Shown: positions 8,219 through 18,185, numbered from the stretch's first letter. The stretch: 64,000 nt of DNA from Candidatus Obscuribacteraceae bacterium (GCA_044226015.1 JBGAHS010000001.1:224001-288000); one strand, 5' to 3'. Numbers and translations: made by a program. Notes: generated from the sequence alone by a model not told the origin.

Positions 8219-9460
8219 ATGAAAAGAATTCGAGATATAGTCTCCGACGCGTTGTACAAAGAACCGGGATATCTCGATTTGATGAAAATTCTCATCGGGC
8301 TTTGTTTGATTGGAATTTTGCCCCTTGAGCTATTTATAGTATTTGGATATGGTCCCTACCATGTTCCGGCCTGGAGAATAGGGCAACATTTTTTTGTCTT
8401 TCCTGAACCTGCCATCTGGGTCTCGGTTGTAGTTTGGTTGCTTTATTTTTGTGCTTGCATTTGCATGGTTATCGGCAAGGGCGGGCGCCTGGTGCCGTTT
8501 CTTTTATTTGCTGTCTGGCTTTATTACCAGACTTTAGACAGACATATTTTTCAATCTAGTTTTGTGATTATGATGTCTGTTTATCTTTTGGCATTTTCAA
8601 TTGATAGACGCCCTCGCTCTTTGAGTCGGGTGCTCATAAGAGTTGCTGTTTCTACCTGCTATATATTTGCTGGCTTGCATAAGTTGCACCCAGAGTTTTT
8701 CAGTGGTCTCACAATGTACAGGCTGCTTTCTGTTGGCGAAATGATTCGCCCCGAATTATTGCCACTCATACGCTCAATGAATTTGTCTCGCTTCGCTTGC
8801 GAGATGTGCACCTATCTTGTTGTGATGATGGAGCTGTTTATTGGTATCGGACTGTGGTTTAAACCTCTGCGGAAAGCGGCTGTTGCAACGGGCGTCGTGC
8901 TTCATTTGTCCTTGACCTTTTTTATTCCCGGAATCGAATTGTTCGCGCCTGTAATGTGGACTGGGTATCTTGCATTTTTTGATAAGAGGCGAGATGCACT
9001 TTCTGTAGATTTGAGCAAGAGAGTGTACTCGCGTCCATTGGCAGAGGCGTTGCTAGCAATTATCGTTTCGATAATGTGCGTAGTAATGCCGGCGAGGCTA
9101 TTCTTCGCGAGCCCCTACAATTATTTACATATGTCCCTATATGACCGCGTCCCATGGGGATTCTCGATGTTTCTGTTTACGGAAAATATCAAATATGTCG
9201 CTGCGTCTGTTCGTGAAAAAGGTAATTGGGTTAATGTTGCACTCGAAGGTAGAATGCCGAATTCGTCAAGCCGAAGTGACCTAATTGCTATGTCGTATTA
9301 TCTTGCAAAAACACATCCGCAAGCAGATTGCGTTCGCGTGGAAAATCGTTTGCAAATCAATGGGCATGGGCTGCTAAATAGAATCTACTACTACTTCCCT
9401 CGGGTCGACCGAGTATTGCAGAGAGAGGTCATCGTTGATGGAATGCGGGTTCGCCGCTAG
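8219..9460 (+). CDS. HTTM-domain membrane protein (vitamin K-dependent carboxylase-like)
   Basis: Multiple TM helices; YIFAGLHKLHPEFFSG, ELFIGIGLW and GVVLHL match the HTTM pattern. Confidence 0.7.
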   Translation: MKRIRDIVSDALYKEPGYLDLMKILIGLCLIGILPLELFIVFGYGPYHVPAWRIGQHFFVFPEPAIWVSVVVWLLYFCACICMVIGKGGRLVPFLLFAVWLYYQTLDRHIFQSSFVIMMSVYLLAFSIDRRPRSLSRVLIRVAVSTCYIFAGLHKLHPEFFSGLTMYRLLSVGEMIRPELLPLIRSMNLSRFACEMCTYLVVMMELFIGIGLWFKPLRKAAVATGVVLHLSLTFFIPGIELFAPVMWTGYLAFFDKRRDALSVDLSKRVYSRPLAEALLAIIVSIMCVVMPARLFFASPYNYLHMSLYDRVPWGFSMFLFTENIKYVAASVREKGNWVNVALEGRMPNSSSRSDLIAMSYYLAKTHPQADCVRVENRLQINGHGLLNRIYYYFPRVDRVLQREVIVDGMRVRR

Positions 9461-9512
9461 CCCGAAGCCCCTTTGAGAAATGCAAGTCATGAAGGTATTA
9501 GAGAATGCAAGT

Positions 9513-10838
9513 CTATAAAGGCATTTGCGTCTTAAGTTCTCTTTTTATGACAATGCTTGCAAAAACTATGAATGCGAGAACCAGAGACATCAAAATCTGC
9601 TGCCATAAAATATCAGGCAAAGCGGGAAGCAGTAGAATTGCCATAAGGTAGGCGCTGAAGCTCCCCATAAGCAGAAAAGTTGAAATCTGCAGCCATCTGG
9701 CTTGCTTTTCACTGCTGTCGAACTGAGTAAATACAATCCATGCAGGCAGCAGAAGAAGGCAACTATCATAGAGTAGCAAGTGAGGTGCCGCTACGAAAAC
9801 GAGTGGTACGCTAAGGAAAGTCAGCAATGCCTTCTGCCGATCGGAAGGTACTTCTTCTACTACTTTCTCTTCTTCCTCTTCTTCTTTTAATATCGTGCTA
9901 TTTAATGCGCTAAAAATGGCAAGTAGCAGCAAGCCGATGCCAAAAGCGATTGGGCGAACACTGAGCCACATGCTTTTGGGTGCACTGATAATTGATACGC
10001 ATGGCACAGAGCAAAATAAGTGGTATTGCCAGTACCCGCTTTTCTCAGCACCAAATGCGGCACCACCTAGCTTTACTGAATTGAGCCAGAGTGGAAATAT
10101 ATCAAAGCCGAAAAATAAGCAGGGAATAAGATGCAAGGCAAAAGTGCCTGCAATCAGTCCAAGCCACAATGGTGTCACTTCTTTCTTTGGAATGCGTTTG
10201 AATAGCGCTGACAAAAGCAAGGTTCCCGCAATTGCTGCTACAGGCAAAGCGAGTTGGGGTTTTAAGCCCACCAGAGACCATGAGAGTCCACACGCCAGAG
10301 GGTGTTTTTTTTGCCACAGGTAGTATCCCAGTACGAGTGGAAACAGTCCCAATACCAGTGAGTTCTGTCCAACTACTATCGTTTGCAGAACTGGCAGAAA
10401 CATGCAGGACGAAAGGAAAATTGTTAGCGCTGAGAATTTACTCTGCGTTTTTGAAAACAAAATTGTTGCAATAACCAGTGCAAACACCGAAAATAACTGC
10501 CATGCAATTAGTGCCGCACGGAACGGCAGTAAGGCAAAAGGCGCACACAACACACCAACCACTGCGGGGTAAGAGAAGTGAAACAACCAGGTTTTGTCTG
10601 GTTTGTTTAATAGCGCTCGAGTGTAAGCCGCAAACTCTTCATCATAAAAGTCCTGAGCGCCCAGTTTTGGATACAAATTATGTCCTCTGCCGTGAGCAAC
10701 CATGTGTCCACCGGCATAAAGACATGATATGAAATCTGTGTCTGTAAGTGTTTTTTCGTCTCGCAAGTCTCCCGCGATTGTAATTGCAGAAAGGAAGACC
10801 AGGCAGAGCGCGCCGACAACTATGAACAGCCTTTTCAT
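9513..10838 (-). CDS. Glycosyltransferase family 87-like (GT-C) membrane protein
   Basis: TDFISCLYAGG, FSYPAVV, GQNS, KPQL and PHLLLYD motifs; many TM helices. Confidence 0.8.
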   Translation of the reverse strand: MKRLFIVVGALCLVFLSAITIAGDLRDEKTLTDTDFISCLYAGGHMVAHGRGHNLYPKLGAQDFYDEEFAAYTRALLNKPDKTWLFHFSYPAVVGVLCAPFALLPFRAALIAWQLFSVFALVIATILFSKTQSKFSALTIFLSSCMFLPVLQTIVVGQNSLVLGLFPLVLGYYLWQKKHPLACGLSWSLVGLKPQLALPVAAIAGTLLLSALFKRIPKKEVTPLWLGLIAGTFALHLIPCLFFGFDIFPLWLNSVKLGGAAFGAEKSGYWQYHLFCSVPCVSIISAPKSMWLSVRPIAFGIGLLLLAIFSALNSTILKEEEEEEKVVEEVPSDRQKALLTFLSVPLVFVAAPHLLLYDSCLLLLPAWIVFTQFDSSEKQARWLQISTFLLMGSFSAYLMAILLLPALPDILWQQILMSLVLAFIVFASIVIKRELKTQMPL

Positions 10839-12661
10839 TTGGCTAATGGCTCTTCTGAGGGCAAGGGGCTTTGTGGTTGCTTTCGATCATCATTCCGAGT
10901 GAAAAGAATCGCTGTTGAGTCCTCAAATGATTTTGTCCAGTTTGCCGGCTCTTCTTTTAATGCAAATTCGAGAGGCAAGCCCCTCGGAATCAAAACAAAC
11001 TTAAACTTATAGGAGTCGAAAGTTTTTTGCCAACTTGGATTGTTGACGTAGATGTTTGTGTAATCATCGATGAGCTTTTGCGAATAAAAATCGGTTTTGT
11101 CATCGATAAAAATTGGTGTGTTTAACTTCCAATACAGATACGCGCCCCAATTGTCTTTAATGTAGCCAAGTCCTTTGATCTTATGCTCTTGCATGTAGCT
11201 TACAGCCCTGACTGGAAGCCGCTCGGGGTCGAAATCTTTTATTTTGAAACTCGGTATAAACAGAAAGGCTGCTGAGAGTATGGCACCACATATGGTGAAT
11301 GCGGGTGCGGCTTTTAGCATTGCCATTTCGCTAAGGCTTGCTTTTTGATCTGATTTTAAAAGTTGTCCCAATAGCGGAATGCCCACCAAATTTGCTTGCT
11401 GACATATTTGTCCAGCTTGTGCTGCCATAGCTGGCAATGCTGCCAAAGCAAAGTAAGGAACCAGACGCATTGCGTAGAGGCTGATGCAGAACAAAAACAG
11501 AACATATCCAAATTCGCCTAACTTCGGTTTTATTTTGGAGTAAGTCCAGAATAGTGCAAGTAAACAAAACAAAAGAAGGTAAGACCACACCGGACCAGCA
11601 AAAGCAAAGTCTATACTTCGCCATTCGTCACTGTGTGCCTGAATTTTTGGACTGGTCAGGTAGCCGATGATGTAGGTTAGAAAGCTTGCACCTCTGAGGT
11701 TAAGGCAGGCGGCTAATATTGCACAGGTGAAGATGATCGCAGATTCTCTCAATGACCAGGCAGATGCAGCAGTGCTAGGACCATTGGCTGCAGCAGTGCT
11801 AAGACCATTCGCTGCCGCAGTGCTAGGACCATTCGCTGCAGCAGTGCTATGACCATTCGCTGCCGCAGTGGCTGAGCCCAGCTCTGAGTTTTGCGATGTT
11901 ACAACTGGACTGTTGTCTGATTTACTGGTTTCTTCAGTAGCGCTTTGTGTAGAAGTGATACCAGATTTGGAGGCTTCATCTGCCATGCCAATTGATGAAT
12001 TGTTCTCTTTGGTGAACTTGCCAGTCGCGTCTTTTGCCAGTCCGGATAGAAAGTCGCCTAGCGCGCGAGCAACAATCATCAGCATTCCTAGCGGAAAGCT
12101 TCCATGCAGGTTTCCCCAGAGAAACATCAGCCCAGAAAGAATGCAGGCTCGTTTCGCAAATGAGCGGGACGCAACGAACGTCTCGTAGTATGTTCCAAGG
12201 AATAGCAAGTACGTAAATATATGAGGACGTGCTGACCAGTGGATGGTACAGGCTTCTATTGCAAGTACCAGAGTAGTTAGCGCCACAATCGAGCTAGCAC
12301 CGCGCAAACGCGCCATCTGATAAGACCAGGTGAAGCTCAACGCAATCGCAAATGCACAAGTGAGAACAATCCAGTTCAAACCTAGCTGATCAAACGGAAG
12401 TCCGAATATCAAGTCACAGAGCAATTCGTGGGTGACCCAGGGTGCATTCGGCTCAACCGCTGACATGTAAGTCGTGGTGGGCACCGCATGATTTTGCAGT
12501 ATATAAAGCCCGGTCAAATAGTGCCGGCAACTTCCTCCATCGCCCAGTAAAAGCAGCGGTCGAGCAAAGAAAAAAAGCGCAAGCAAAAATAGAAATACCA
12601 GACCACCAAGGCTTGGCCAGTAGGGATTATTCAACTTTGCATCGCTTGCGTCTTCTTGCAT
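10835..12661 (-). CDS. Polytopic membrane protein, probable GT-C fold glycosyltransferase
   Basis: HYLTGLYI, WVTHELL, ARPHIFT, LWGNLHGSF, EWRS and IFIDDKTDFY motifs; ATGA overlap with the GT87 gene. Confidence 0.65.
   Translation of the reverse strand: MQEDASDAKLNNPYWPSLGGLVFLFLLALFFFARPLLLLGDGGSCRHYLTGLYILQNHAVPTTTYMSAVEPNAPWVTHELLCDLIFGLPFDQLGLNWIVLTCAFAIALSFTWSYQMARLRGASSIVALTTLVLAIEACTIHWSARPHIFTYLLFLGTYYETFVASRSFAKRACILSGLMFLWGNLHGSFPLGMLMIVARALGDFLSGLAKDATGKFTKENNSSIGMADEASKSGITSTQSATEETSKSDNSPVVTSQNSELGSATAAANGHSTAAANGPSTAAANGLSTAAANGPSTAASAWSLRESAIIFTCAILAACLNLRGASFLTYIIGYLTSPKIQAHSDEWRSIDFAFAGPVWSYLLLFCLLALFWTYSKIKPKLGEFGYVLFLFCISLYAMRLVPYFALAALPAMAAQAGQICQQANLVGIPLLGQLLKSDQKASLSEMAMLKAAPAFTICGAILSAAFLFIPSFKIKDFDPERLPVRAVSYMQEHKIKGLGYIKDNWGAYLYWKLNTPIFIDDKTDFYSQKLIDDYTNIYVNNPSWQKTFDSYKFKFVLIPRGLPLEFALKEEPANWTKSFEDSTAILFTRNDDRKQPQSPLPSEEPLAK
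11766..11870 (-). repeat. 24-bp in-frame tandem repeat (STAAANG[PLH]) x4.4
   Basis: Units like GCAGCAGTGCTAGGACCATT(G/C)GCT at 11766, 11790, 11814 and 11838. Confidence 0.9.
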
Positions 12662-12752
12662 AGGTCTCAGCCCTTAACGCTAGGATAACAGGAAGCCCAG
12701 GTAAGGAGAATGTCTTGAAAACTCTTCTGTGTGGCTTGCCCGAGACGCCTGT

Positions 12753-12983
12753 CTTGATTGACAGGATGTTGTCCGAGCTCCGCAGCTTGATTGACGGGGG
12801 TGTCCCAGAGCCGCAGCTTGATTGGCTGGTGTTGTCCCAGCTCCGCTGCTTGATTGACGGGAGACCTCAGATCCGCTGCTTGATTGACTGTGCTGTCCCA
12901 GATCCACTGCCTGATTGCTGGTGTTGTCCCAGATCCGCTGCTTGATTGACGGGAGACCCCAGATCCGCTGCTTGATTGACTGA
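12753..12983. repeat. Imperfect intergenic tandem array, 7+ units of 30-33 bp
   Basis: C(T/C)TGATTG starts at 12753, 12786, 12817, 12849, 12879, 12910, 12941 and 12971; consensus core CAGATCCGCTGCTTGATTGAC. Confidence 0.9.
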
Positions 12984-13143
12984 TACTATGCATAGCCATG
13001 CAGCCGCGCAGGATGATATTCGCTGCTTGAACTTTAGGACGATGTATTGGCACTCATCGAAGTCTTGTGAAGCTATCCAACTTTGGCGGATGGTTTTTGT
13101 ACTCTATGCGCTATGCTACTTTGGTTGGCGAGAGAACTTTCTT

Positions 13144-14013
13144 GTGTTGATTTCCTTAATTACTTATGGCGACTTGCCTGACTTAGACCCTGATGATTTG
13201 CTTCTTGCAAAGGCTCTGGAAAAACGTGGCTGCAAAGTGCAAGGGGTTGTTTGGAACGACGCGAATGTTGATTGGTCCCAGGCTGGGATTTGTGTTATTC
13301 GTTCCACGTGGGATTACCATCGGCATTACAAGCAGTTCTTGAGTTGGGTTGAGCAGGTCGCTAGTGTCACCGACTTGTTTAACTCTGCTGATCTTATTAA
13401 GTGGAACAGCAAAAAGACCTATCTGCGAGAACTTTCTGAAGCAGGAATTCCGATTATTCCAACTGAGTTCATTACTCATAAGGAGAGGACGCCGCTAGAA
13501 GAAATAGTCAGAAAAAATGGCTGGTCGAGAGCCATTATTAAACCTACAGTTGGTCTTGCTACATCTGGTGTGAAAAGGATTGATTGCACTGATGATGGAG
13601 TTCGAGACGGCGAATTGCATATCGATTCTTTGCTTCACAGCGGCGAGGTGATGGTTCAAGAGTTTTATGAATCAGTCGAAGGCTATGGTGAAAGAGCACT
13701 GAGCTACATCGATGGTGTCTATTCTCATTGCATCAGGAAAGCGCCATTTCAGCGCTTAGCTGCGGCAGGTCTGGCAGGCGAGAGAGCTGTCGATGCCAAT
13801 GAAAAGGAAATTGAACTCGCGAATAAAACGCTGGGCTTTCTGAAAGTGATACCACTTTATGCACGAGTTGATCTCGCGTGCGATTCGGATAACAATCCCA
13901 GAATTATGGAATTTGAACTTGTTGAGCCTTCTCTTTTCTTGCAGACAAAGCCTGATTCAGCAGAAGTGTTCGCTGATGCGGTAGTGAAAAGAGTGGCTTG
14001 TTTGCAAAAATGA
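13144..14013 (+). CDS. ATP-grasp ligase (RimK/glutathione-synthetase-like family)
   Basis: VIRSTWDY, WNSKKTYL, IIKPTVG, YARVDL and MEFELVEPSLF motifs. Start moved to GTG 13144; the track's upstream extension looks non-coding. Confidence 0.85.
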   Translation: MLISLITYGDLPDLDPDDLLLAKALEKRGCKVQGVVWNDANVDWSQAGICVIRSTWDYHRHYKQFLSWVEQVASVTDLFNSADLIKWNSKKTYLRELSEAGIPIIPTEFITHKERTPLEEIVRKNGWSRAIIKPTVGLATSGVKRIDCTDDGVRDGELHIDSLLHSGEVMVQEFYESVEGYGERALSYIDGVYSHCIRKAPFQRLAAAGLAGERAVDANEKEIELANKTLGFLKVIPLYARVDLACDSDNNPRIMEFELVEPSLFLQTKPDSAEVFADAVVKRVACLQK

Positions 14014-15047
14014 AAGAAAAAAGTACAAAAGCGAAATCGGGCAGCCGAAAAAAAATCGAGAAGTATATGGATGCTTGCGTAGAGCATTGCGATTTCTCTG
14101 GTTCTGTTCTGGTGCATCGAAAAGAGAAATTCTATCTCTGCGACGGCTTTGGTAAGGCTGACCGCGAGAATAACGTCAAGAATAAAATCCAGTCAGTTTT
14201 TCGTTTGGCTTCGTTAAGTAAGCAATTCACGGCAATGGGAATTATGATGCTGGTTGATGGCGGCGCCATCAAGCTGACAGATAAGCTGTCAAGCTTCCTG
14301 CCAAAGCTGCCGGAAAAATGGAAACCGATAACCATTCACCAGTTGCTAACGCATACTTGTGGCTTGCCTAACTACACTGAAATTCCCGAGTTTATAGCAA
14401 GGCAACGTGAACCGGCCACTCCAGGCGAGATCATTGATCTGATCAAGAAATTCCCGTTGCGTTTTGCTCCCGGAAAAGAGACGGAATATACAGATTCTAG
14501 CTATCTCATTTTGGGCCATATCATCGAGCGCGTTGCCGATAAACTGTATGGCGAGTTCATGAATGAGTTCATCTTCGAGCCGCTTGGTATGCACAACACG
14601 GGTTACGACATTTCGGAAATGATCATTCCGAATCGCGCTCATGGTTATGTAAGGCACGACAAAAATACAGTGCTTAACGCACCTTATCTCGACATGAGTT
14701 TGCCACATGCTGCCGGTGCACTGGCATCTACAGTAGAGGATATGTATTTGTGGGATCGCGCTCTGAAGGAAAGCAAGCTTATTCCTAAGAAGCTTACTGA
14801 AATCATGTTCAAGCCTGCAAAGGGAATATTTGCTTGCGGATGGATGATAGATGAGCAGCACGGGCGCAAGCGTATTCAGCATGCTGGCGGAATTGATGGT
14901 TTTGTTACCGCTATTTTGCGCTTTCCCGAAGAGGACGCCATGGTCGTTGTTCTAAGTAATATGCAATCTCCATTCTTTTCGGCTTTTGGCGTCGCGCAAG
15001 ATCTCGCATCACTGCTGTTTCACGAACATGTGGAGCTACCCCATTAG
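14010..15047 (+). CDS. Serine hydrolase, beta-lactamase/AmpC-like family
   Basis: FRLASLSKQFTA (SxxK), LLTHTCG, EYTDSSY and HAGGIDGF; ATGA overlap with the upstream stop. Confidence 0.9.
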   Translation: MKEKSTKAKSGSRKKIEKYMDACVEHCDFSGSVLVHRKEKFYLCDGFGKADRENNVKNKIQSVFRLASLSKQFTAMGIMMLVDGGAIKLTDKLSSFLPKLPEKWKPITIHQLLTHTCGLPNYTEIPEFIARQREPATPGEIIDLIKKFPLRFAPGKETEYTDSSYLILGHIIERVADKLYGEFMNEFIFEPLGMHNTGYDISEMIIPNRAHGYVRHDKNTVLNAPYLDMSLPHAAGALASTVEDMYLWDRALKESKLIPKKLTEIMFKPAKGIFACGWMIDEQHGRKRIQHAGGIDGFVTAILRFPEEDAMVVVLSNMQSPFFSAFGVAQDLASLLFHEHVELPH

Positions 15048-15061
15048 TCTTCCAAGAGAAA

Positions 15062-15085
15062 ACAGAGGGAGTTGACTCCCTCTGT
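15062..15085. terminator. Hairpin between convergent genes
   Basis: ACAGAGGGAG-ttga-CTCCCTCTGT. Confidence 0.65.
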
Positions 15086-15107
15086 CGAGCATCTCAATTT
15101 GACTTCT

Positions 15108-15518
15108 TTAGACCGATTGCGTTACTTCGATTCGCTTTGGCTGAAGCGCTTTGCTCTTAGGCAAAGTCAAAGTAAGAATGCCATTCTTCACGCTGGCTTC
15201 GATTCCATCTCTATCGATGCCGTTTGATAGAGTGAAACTTCTTTGATATCTTCCTGCAGAGTACTCTGACAATGCCAGTGTGTATCCTTCGTATTTGTGG
15301 GACTCGACAGAAGCCGTTATCGTGAGGGTGTTGTTCTCGAGCGTGATGTCCACTGTTTTTGCTGTGGCACCGGGCAACTCGGCAATCAATGTAATTTTTT
15401 CGGGCGACTCAAATATGTCTGAACGGGGAATTAGAGTTTTCACGTTGCAGAGCTCTTCAGCGCATTCTTTGTTTGCGACTTGTTCTGTAGATTCACACGT
15501 TTGAAGATTGGTGCTCAT
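15108..15518 (-). CDS. Small heat shock protein Hsp20
   Basis: AELPGA, YQRSFTL and ASVKNGILTLTLPK alpha-crystallin motifs; GGAGG RBS. Confidence 0.92.
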   Translation of the reverse strand: MSTNLQTCESTEQVANKECAEELCNVKTLIPRSDIFESPEKITLIAELPGATAKTVDITLENNTLTITASVESHKYEGYTLALSEYSAGRYQRSFTLSNGIDRDGIEASVKNGILTLTLPKSKALQPKRIEVTQSV

Positions 15519-15555
15519 ATCGAACCTCCTTGGTAAAAAGGCACCGGGAACAAAA

Positions 15556-15987
15556 CTATTCGGATTTGATAACTATCTTGCGTGGTCTGTCTGCCAGTGT
15601 TCTCGGCAAAGTAATGTGCAAGACTCCATTTTCGAGTACGGCACTTACCTTTTCGCTGTCTACGCCAAACGGCAATTTGATGTTGCGGGTGAAGTCACCA
15701 TGTCCCCGTTCTTGACGGTGATAACGCTCGCCCTCGCCAAGCACATCAGATTTTTTCGAACCCTTGATGCTCAGGACGTCGTTAAAAACTGCCAGCTCAA
15801 TATCTGAGATATCCATTCCTGGTAGTTTTGCTTCGACTATTGCTCCAGTCTCCGAAAGCCACACATTCACTGGTGGATATTCGCTTTGAGACTCTTCCGA
15901 AATAATATTGTTTAAGCGTTGTCTGACTAACTCAAGCTCGCGCAACGAGTTCCAAAGTCCATTGTCAGCCATTCTTTGTAGCAACAT
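15556..15987 (-). CDS. Small heat shock protein Hsp20
   Basis: YPPVNV, AKLPGM, ERGHGDFTRNIKLP and LENGVLHITLPR; start set at ATG 15987 after GGAGG. Confidence 0.92.
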   Translation of the reverse strand: MLLQRMADNGLWNSLRELELVRQRLNNIISEESQSEYPPVNVWLSETGAIVEAKLPGMDISDIELAVFNDVLSIKGSKKSDVLGEGERYHRQERGHGDFTRNIKLPFGVDSEKVSAVLENGVLHITLPRTLADRPRKIVIKSE

Positions 15988-16309
15988 GATCTTGTAACCT
16001 CCGGTTATTTTGCTTGTCAGAGCAGTGCGGTGCCTTCCATTTGTTTCCCTGGAAACGTAATGAAAGTAGCGGTTTTCAAATGTTGAAGATGATGGTTCGT
16101 GTGCCATCAATTTCAATTTATACAATCTGATTTGAACAGCCGGGAAAAATTTGGCTTGCCTTAATATTTTTGTTTTCAGGTGCTAAAAAGACAACATGAA
16201 AAGAGACCCGGTAACAAGTGAGATCGCTTTTCATGCTGAGTTTAGCTTCCAATATGTCTTGGTCTTTGTGCGTTGATCCAGAATTCAAAGATCTTACTGG
16301 GATCTTGAT

Positions 16310-16627
16310 TTATATATCTTCTACGTTGAGTTCAATAGAATTGTTATGCGTACCCTCTTTAATGAGCACCTTTGTAAATCCACCGTTGTACTCAGGTATC
16401 GAAAATGAAGGTTGGGCACTCACGATGGAAATTACCTGGTTTACCATTCCCATTGGTGGTGTCAGAACAAAATCAAGGTAAAGGGTCTCAGGGAGTCCTT
16501 GTTCGATTGATCTGCTCAACTTAGCCGTATGTCCGGCTGTTGGCACTTGCATTGAGGCATCAACGGTGAGTGTTCGGGCTTCTCCTTGTTGAGATACTTT
16601 TGCGCTGCCCGAAGTGAATTCATACAT
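16310..16627 (-). CDS. Hypothetical small beta-rich protein
   Basis: ORF with AGGAG RBS before MYEFTSG; VPTAGH...PPMGMVNQVI pattern; no family assigned. Confidence 0.65.
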   Translation of the reverse strand: MYEFTSGSAKVSQQGEARTLTVDASMQVPTAGHTAKLSRSIEQGLPETLYLDFVLTPPMGMVNQVISIVSAQPSFSIPEYNGGFTKVLIKEGTHNNSIELNVEDI

Positions 16628-16958
16628 ATTCAAAACTCCTTTCTCTTTTTGTTGTTTATGATTTGTCAAAAACTATCTGCGGACACTTTATCATGGCCAA
16701 CTTGGCACTTGGGTATCGAATGAAGATAGTTTGTTAGCTATTGTCTGCCTTGCTACTTGAATCCTCTGCTTACTGCTTCAATGCGGAAAACCCCACTATT
16801 AAGACCTATTACCGTCAAAGTCTTAAGGTTCAGAATCGCGCATCTTTGCTGAAACCAGCACTGGCTGCCAGTTCTCTATTGATTGGTGCTTGACAACAAA
16901 TATTAAAGCAGGGTCATGGCGGTGTTACTATGTCCTGAACTTCCGGAGGTTTCTTCAA

Positions 16959-18158
16959 ATGCAGACGGTCAGCAGGGTTGAATCGAGTTCGGCAGAAATG
17001 CACATTGGTAGAGGTAAGAAAACTCGTCGAGCTTATGGCTTTGACGAAATTGCGTTGGTGCCAGGCTCGCTAACACTCGATTACGAGTTGTGTGATGTTT
17101 CTGTGAGTATAGGCAAGCACACGCTTTCGATTCCACTTCTCGCTTCAGCAATGGACGGTGTCGTTGACCTGAAGATCACCCAGCTGCTAGGTAAAATGGG
17201 TGGCTTGGCTGTTCTGAACCTGCAGGGTGTTCAGACAAGATATGAGAACCCACAGGACGCTCTTAATCAGATCGCACGTTGCGACAAGAGTGAGTTTGTT
17301 GAACTGATGCAGAAGCTTTACTCTGAGCCAGTAAAGGAAGAACTTATAGCAAAGCGCATTAAGGAGATGAAATCGCAGGGCATTTTGACTGCTGCTTCTG
17401 TAACTCCAAACATGGCCTATAAGTATGGCAAAATTGCGGTGGATGCAGGCTTAGACATCGTCGTCGTTCAGTCAACAGTGACTGGAACTGAGCATCGCTC
17501 GGTTGCCGGCGGTTCGCCTCTCGACTTGAAGAAGTTCGTTCAAGACATTGGTGTACCGGTTATCGTTGGCAACTGCGTTACATATGATGCTGCATATCGC
17601 CTCGCTGAAACCGGAGTCGCTGGTATTCTTGTTGGAGTAGGACCTGGCGCTGCTTGCACTTCTAGAAGCGTTCTCGGTGTCGGTGTTCCGATGGCAACTG
17701 CTATTGCTGACTGTGCTGGTGCAGTTCGTGACTATGAAGCAAAGTCTGGTCACAAGTGCACAGTCATCGCAGATGGTGGCATGGTTGTTGGTGGTGACAT
17801 TTGTAAGGCTATCGCCTGCGGAGCTGATGCCGTCATGATCGGTTCTCCTCTGGCGCGAGCGAAAGAAGCTCCGGGTCAAGGCTTTCACTGGGGCATGGCT
17901 ACTCCAAGCCCAATACTCCCGCGTGGAACTCGTGTTAAAGTTGGGCACTCTGGAACTCTTGAGCAGATTGTACTTGGACCAGCTCAAGTTGATGACGGCA
18001 CTCAAAACTTGATTGGCGCGTTGAAGACCAGTATGTCAACACTTGGCGCATCCAGCATCAGAGAAATGCAGGATGTCGAAGTGGTCATCGCACCATCGAT
18101 TTTGACAGAAGGCAAGGTCTTCCAGCACGCTCAAGAACTCGGCATGGGTCGCAAATAA
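16959..18158 (+). CDS. guaB: GuaB3-type IMP dehydrogenase family protein (no CBS domains)
   Basis: RRAYGFDEIALVPG, ASAMDGVV, GVGPGAACTSR (catalytic Cys) and IADGG; GGAGG RBS before ATG 16959. Confidence 0.92.
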   Translation: MQTVSRVESSSAEMHIGRGKKTRRAYGFDEIALVPGSLTLDYELCDVSVSIGKHTLSIPLLASAMDGVVDLKITQLLGKMGGLAVLNLQGVQTRYENPQDALNQIARCDKSEFVELMQKLYSEPVKEELIAKRIKEMKSQGILTAASVTPNMAYKYGKIAVDAGLDIVVVQSTVTGTEHRSVAGGSPLDLKKFVQDIGVPVIVGNCVTYDAAYRLAETGVAGILVGVGPGAACTSRSVLGVGVPMATAIADCAGAVRDYEAKSGHKCTVIADGGMVVGGDICKAIACGADAVMIGSPLARAKEAPGQGFHWGMATPSPILPRGTRVKVGHSGTLEQIVLGPAQVDDGTQNLIGALKTSMSTLGASSIREMQDVEVVIAPSILTEGKVFQHAQELGMGRK

Positions 18159-18185
18159 ATTCTGACTCTGCAAAAAATGTTAAAG

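Noticed and set aside
12753..12983. CRISPR array, or the ORFs 12667-13053, 12680-12907 and 12715-12945
   Set aside because: Variable parts are only about 9-12 nt and recur; the period is mostly not a multiple of 3, so the ORFs look like by-products of the repeat.
16130..16720. CIRCE operator for the hsp20 pair
   Set aside because: Only half-site-like matches (GTGCTAA, TTGGCACT); no TTAGCACTC-N9-GAGTGCTAA.
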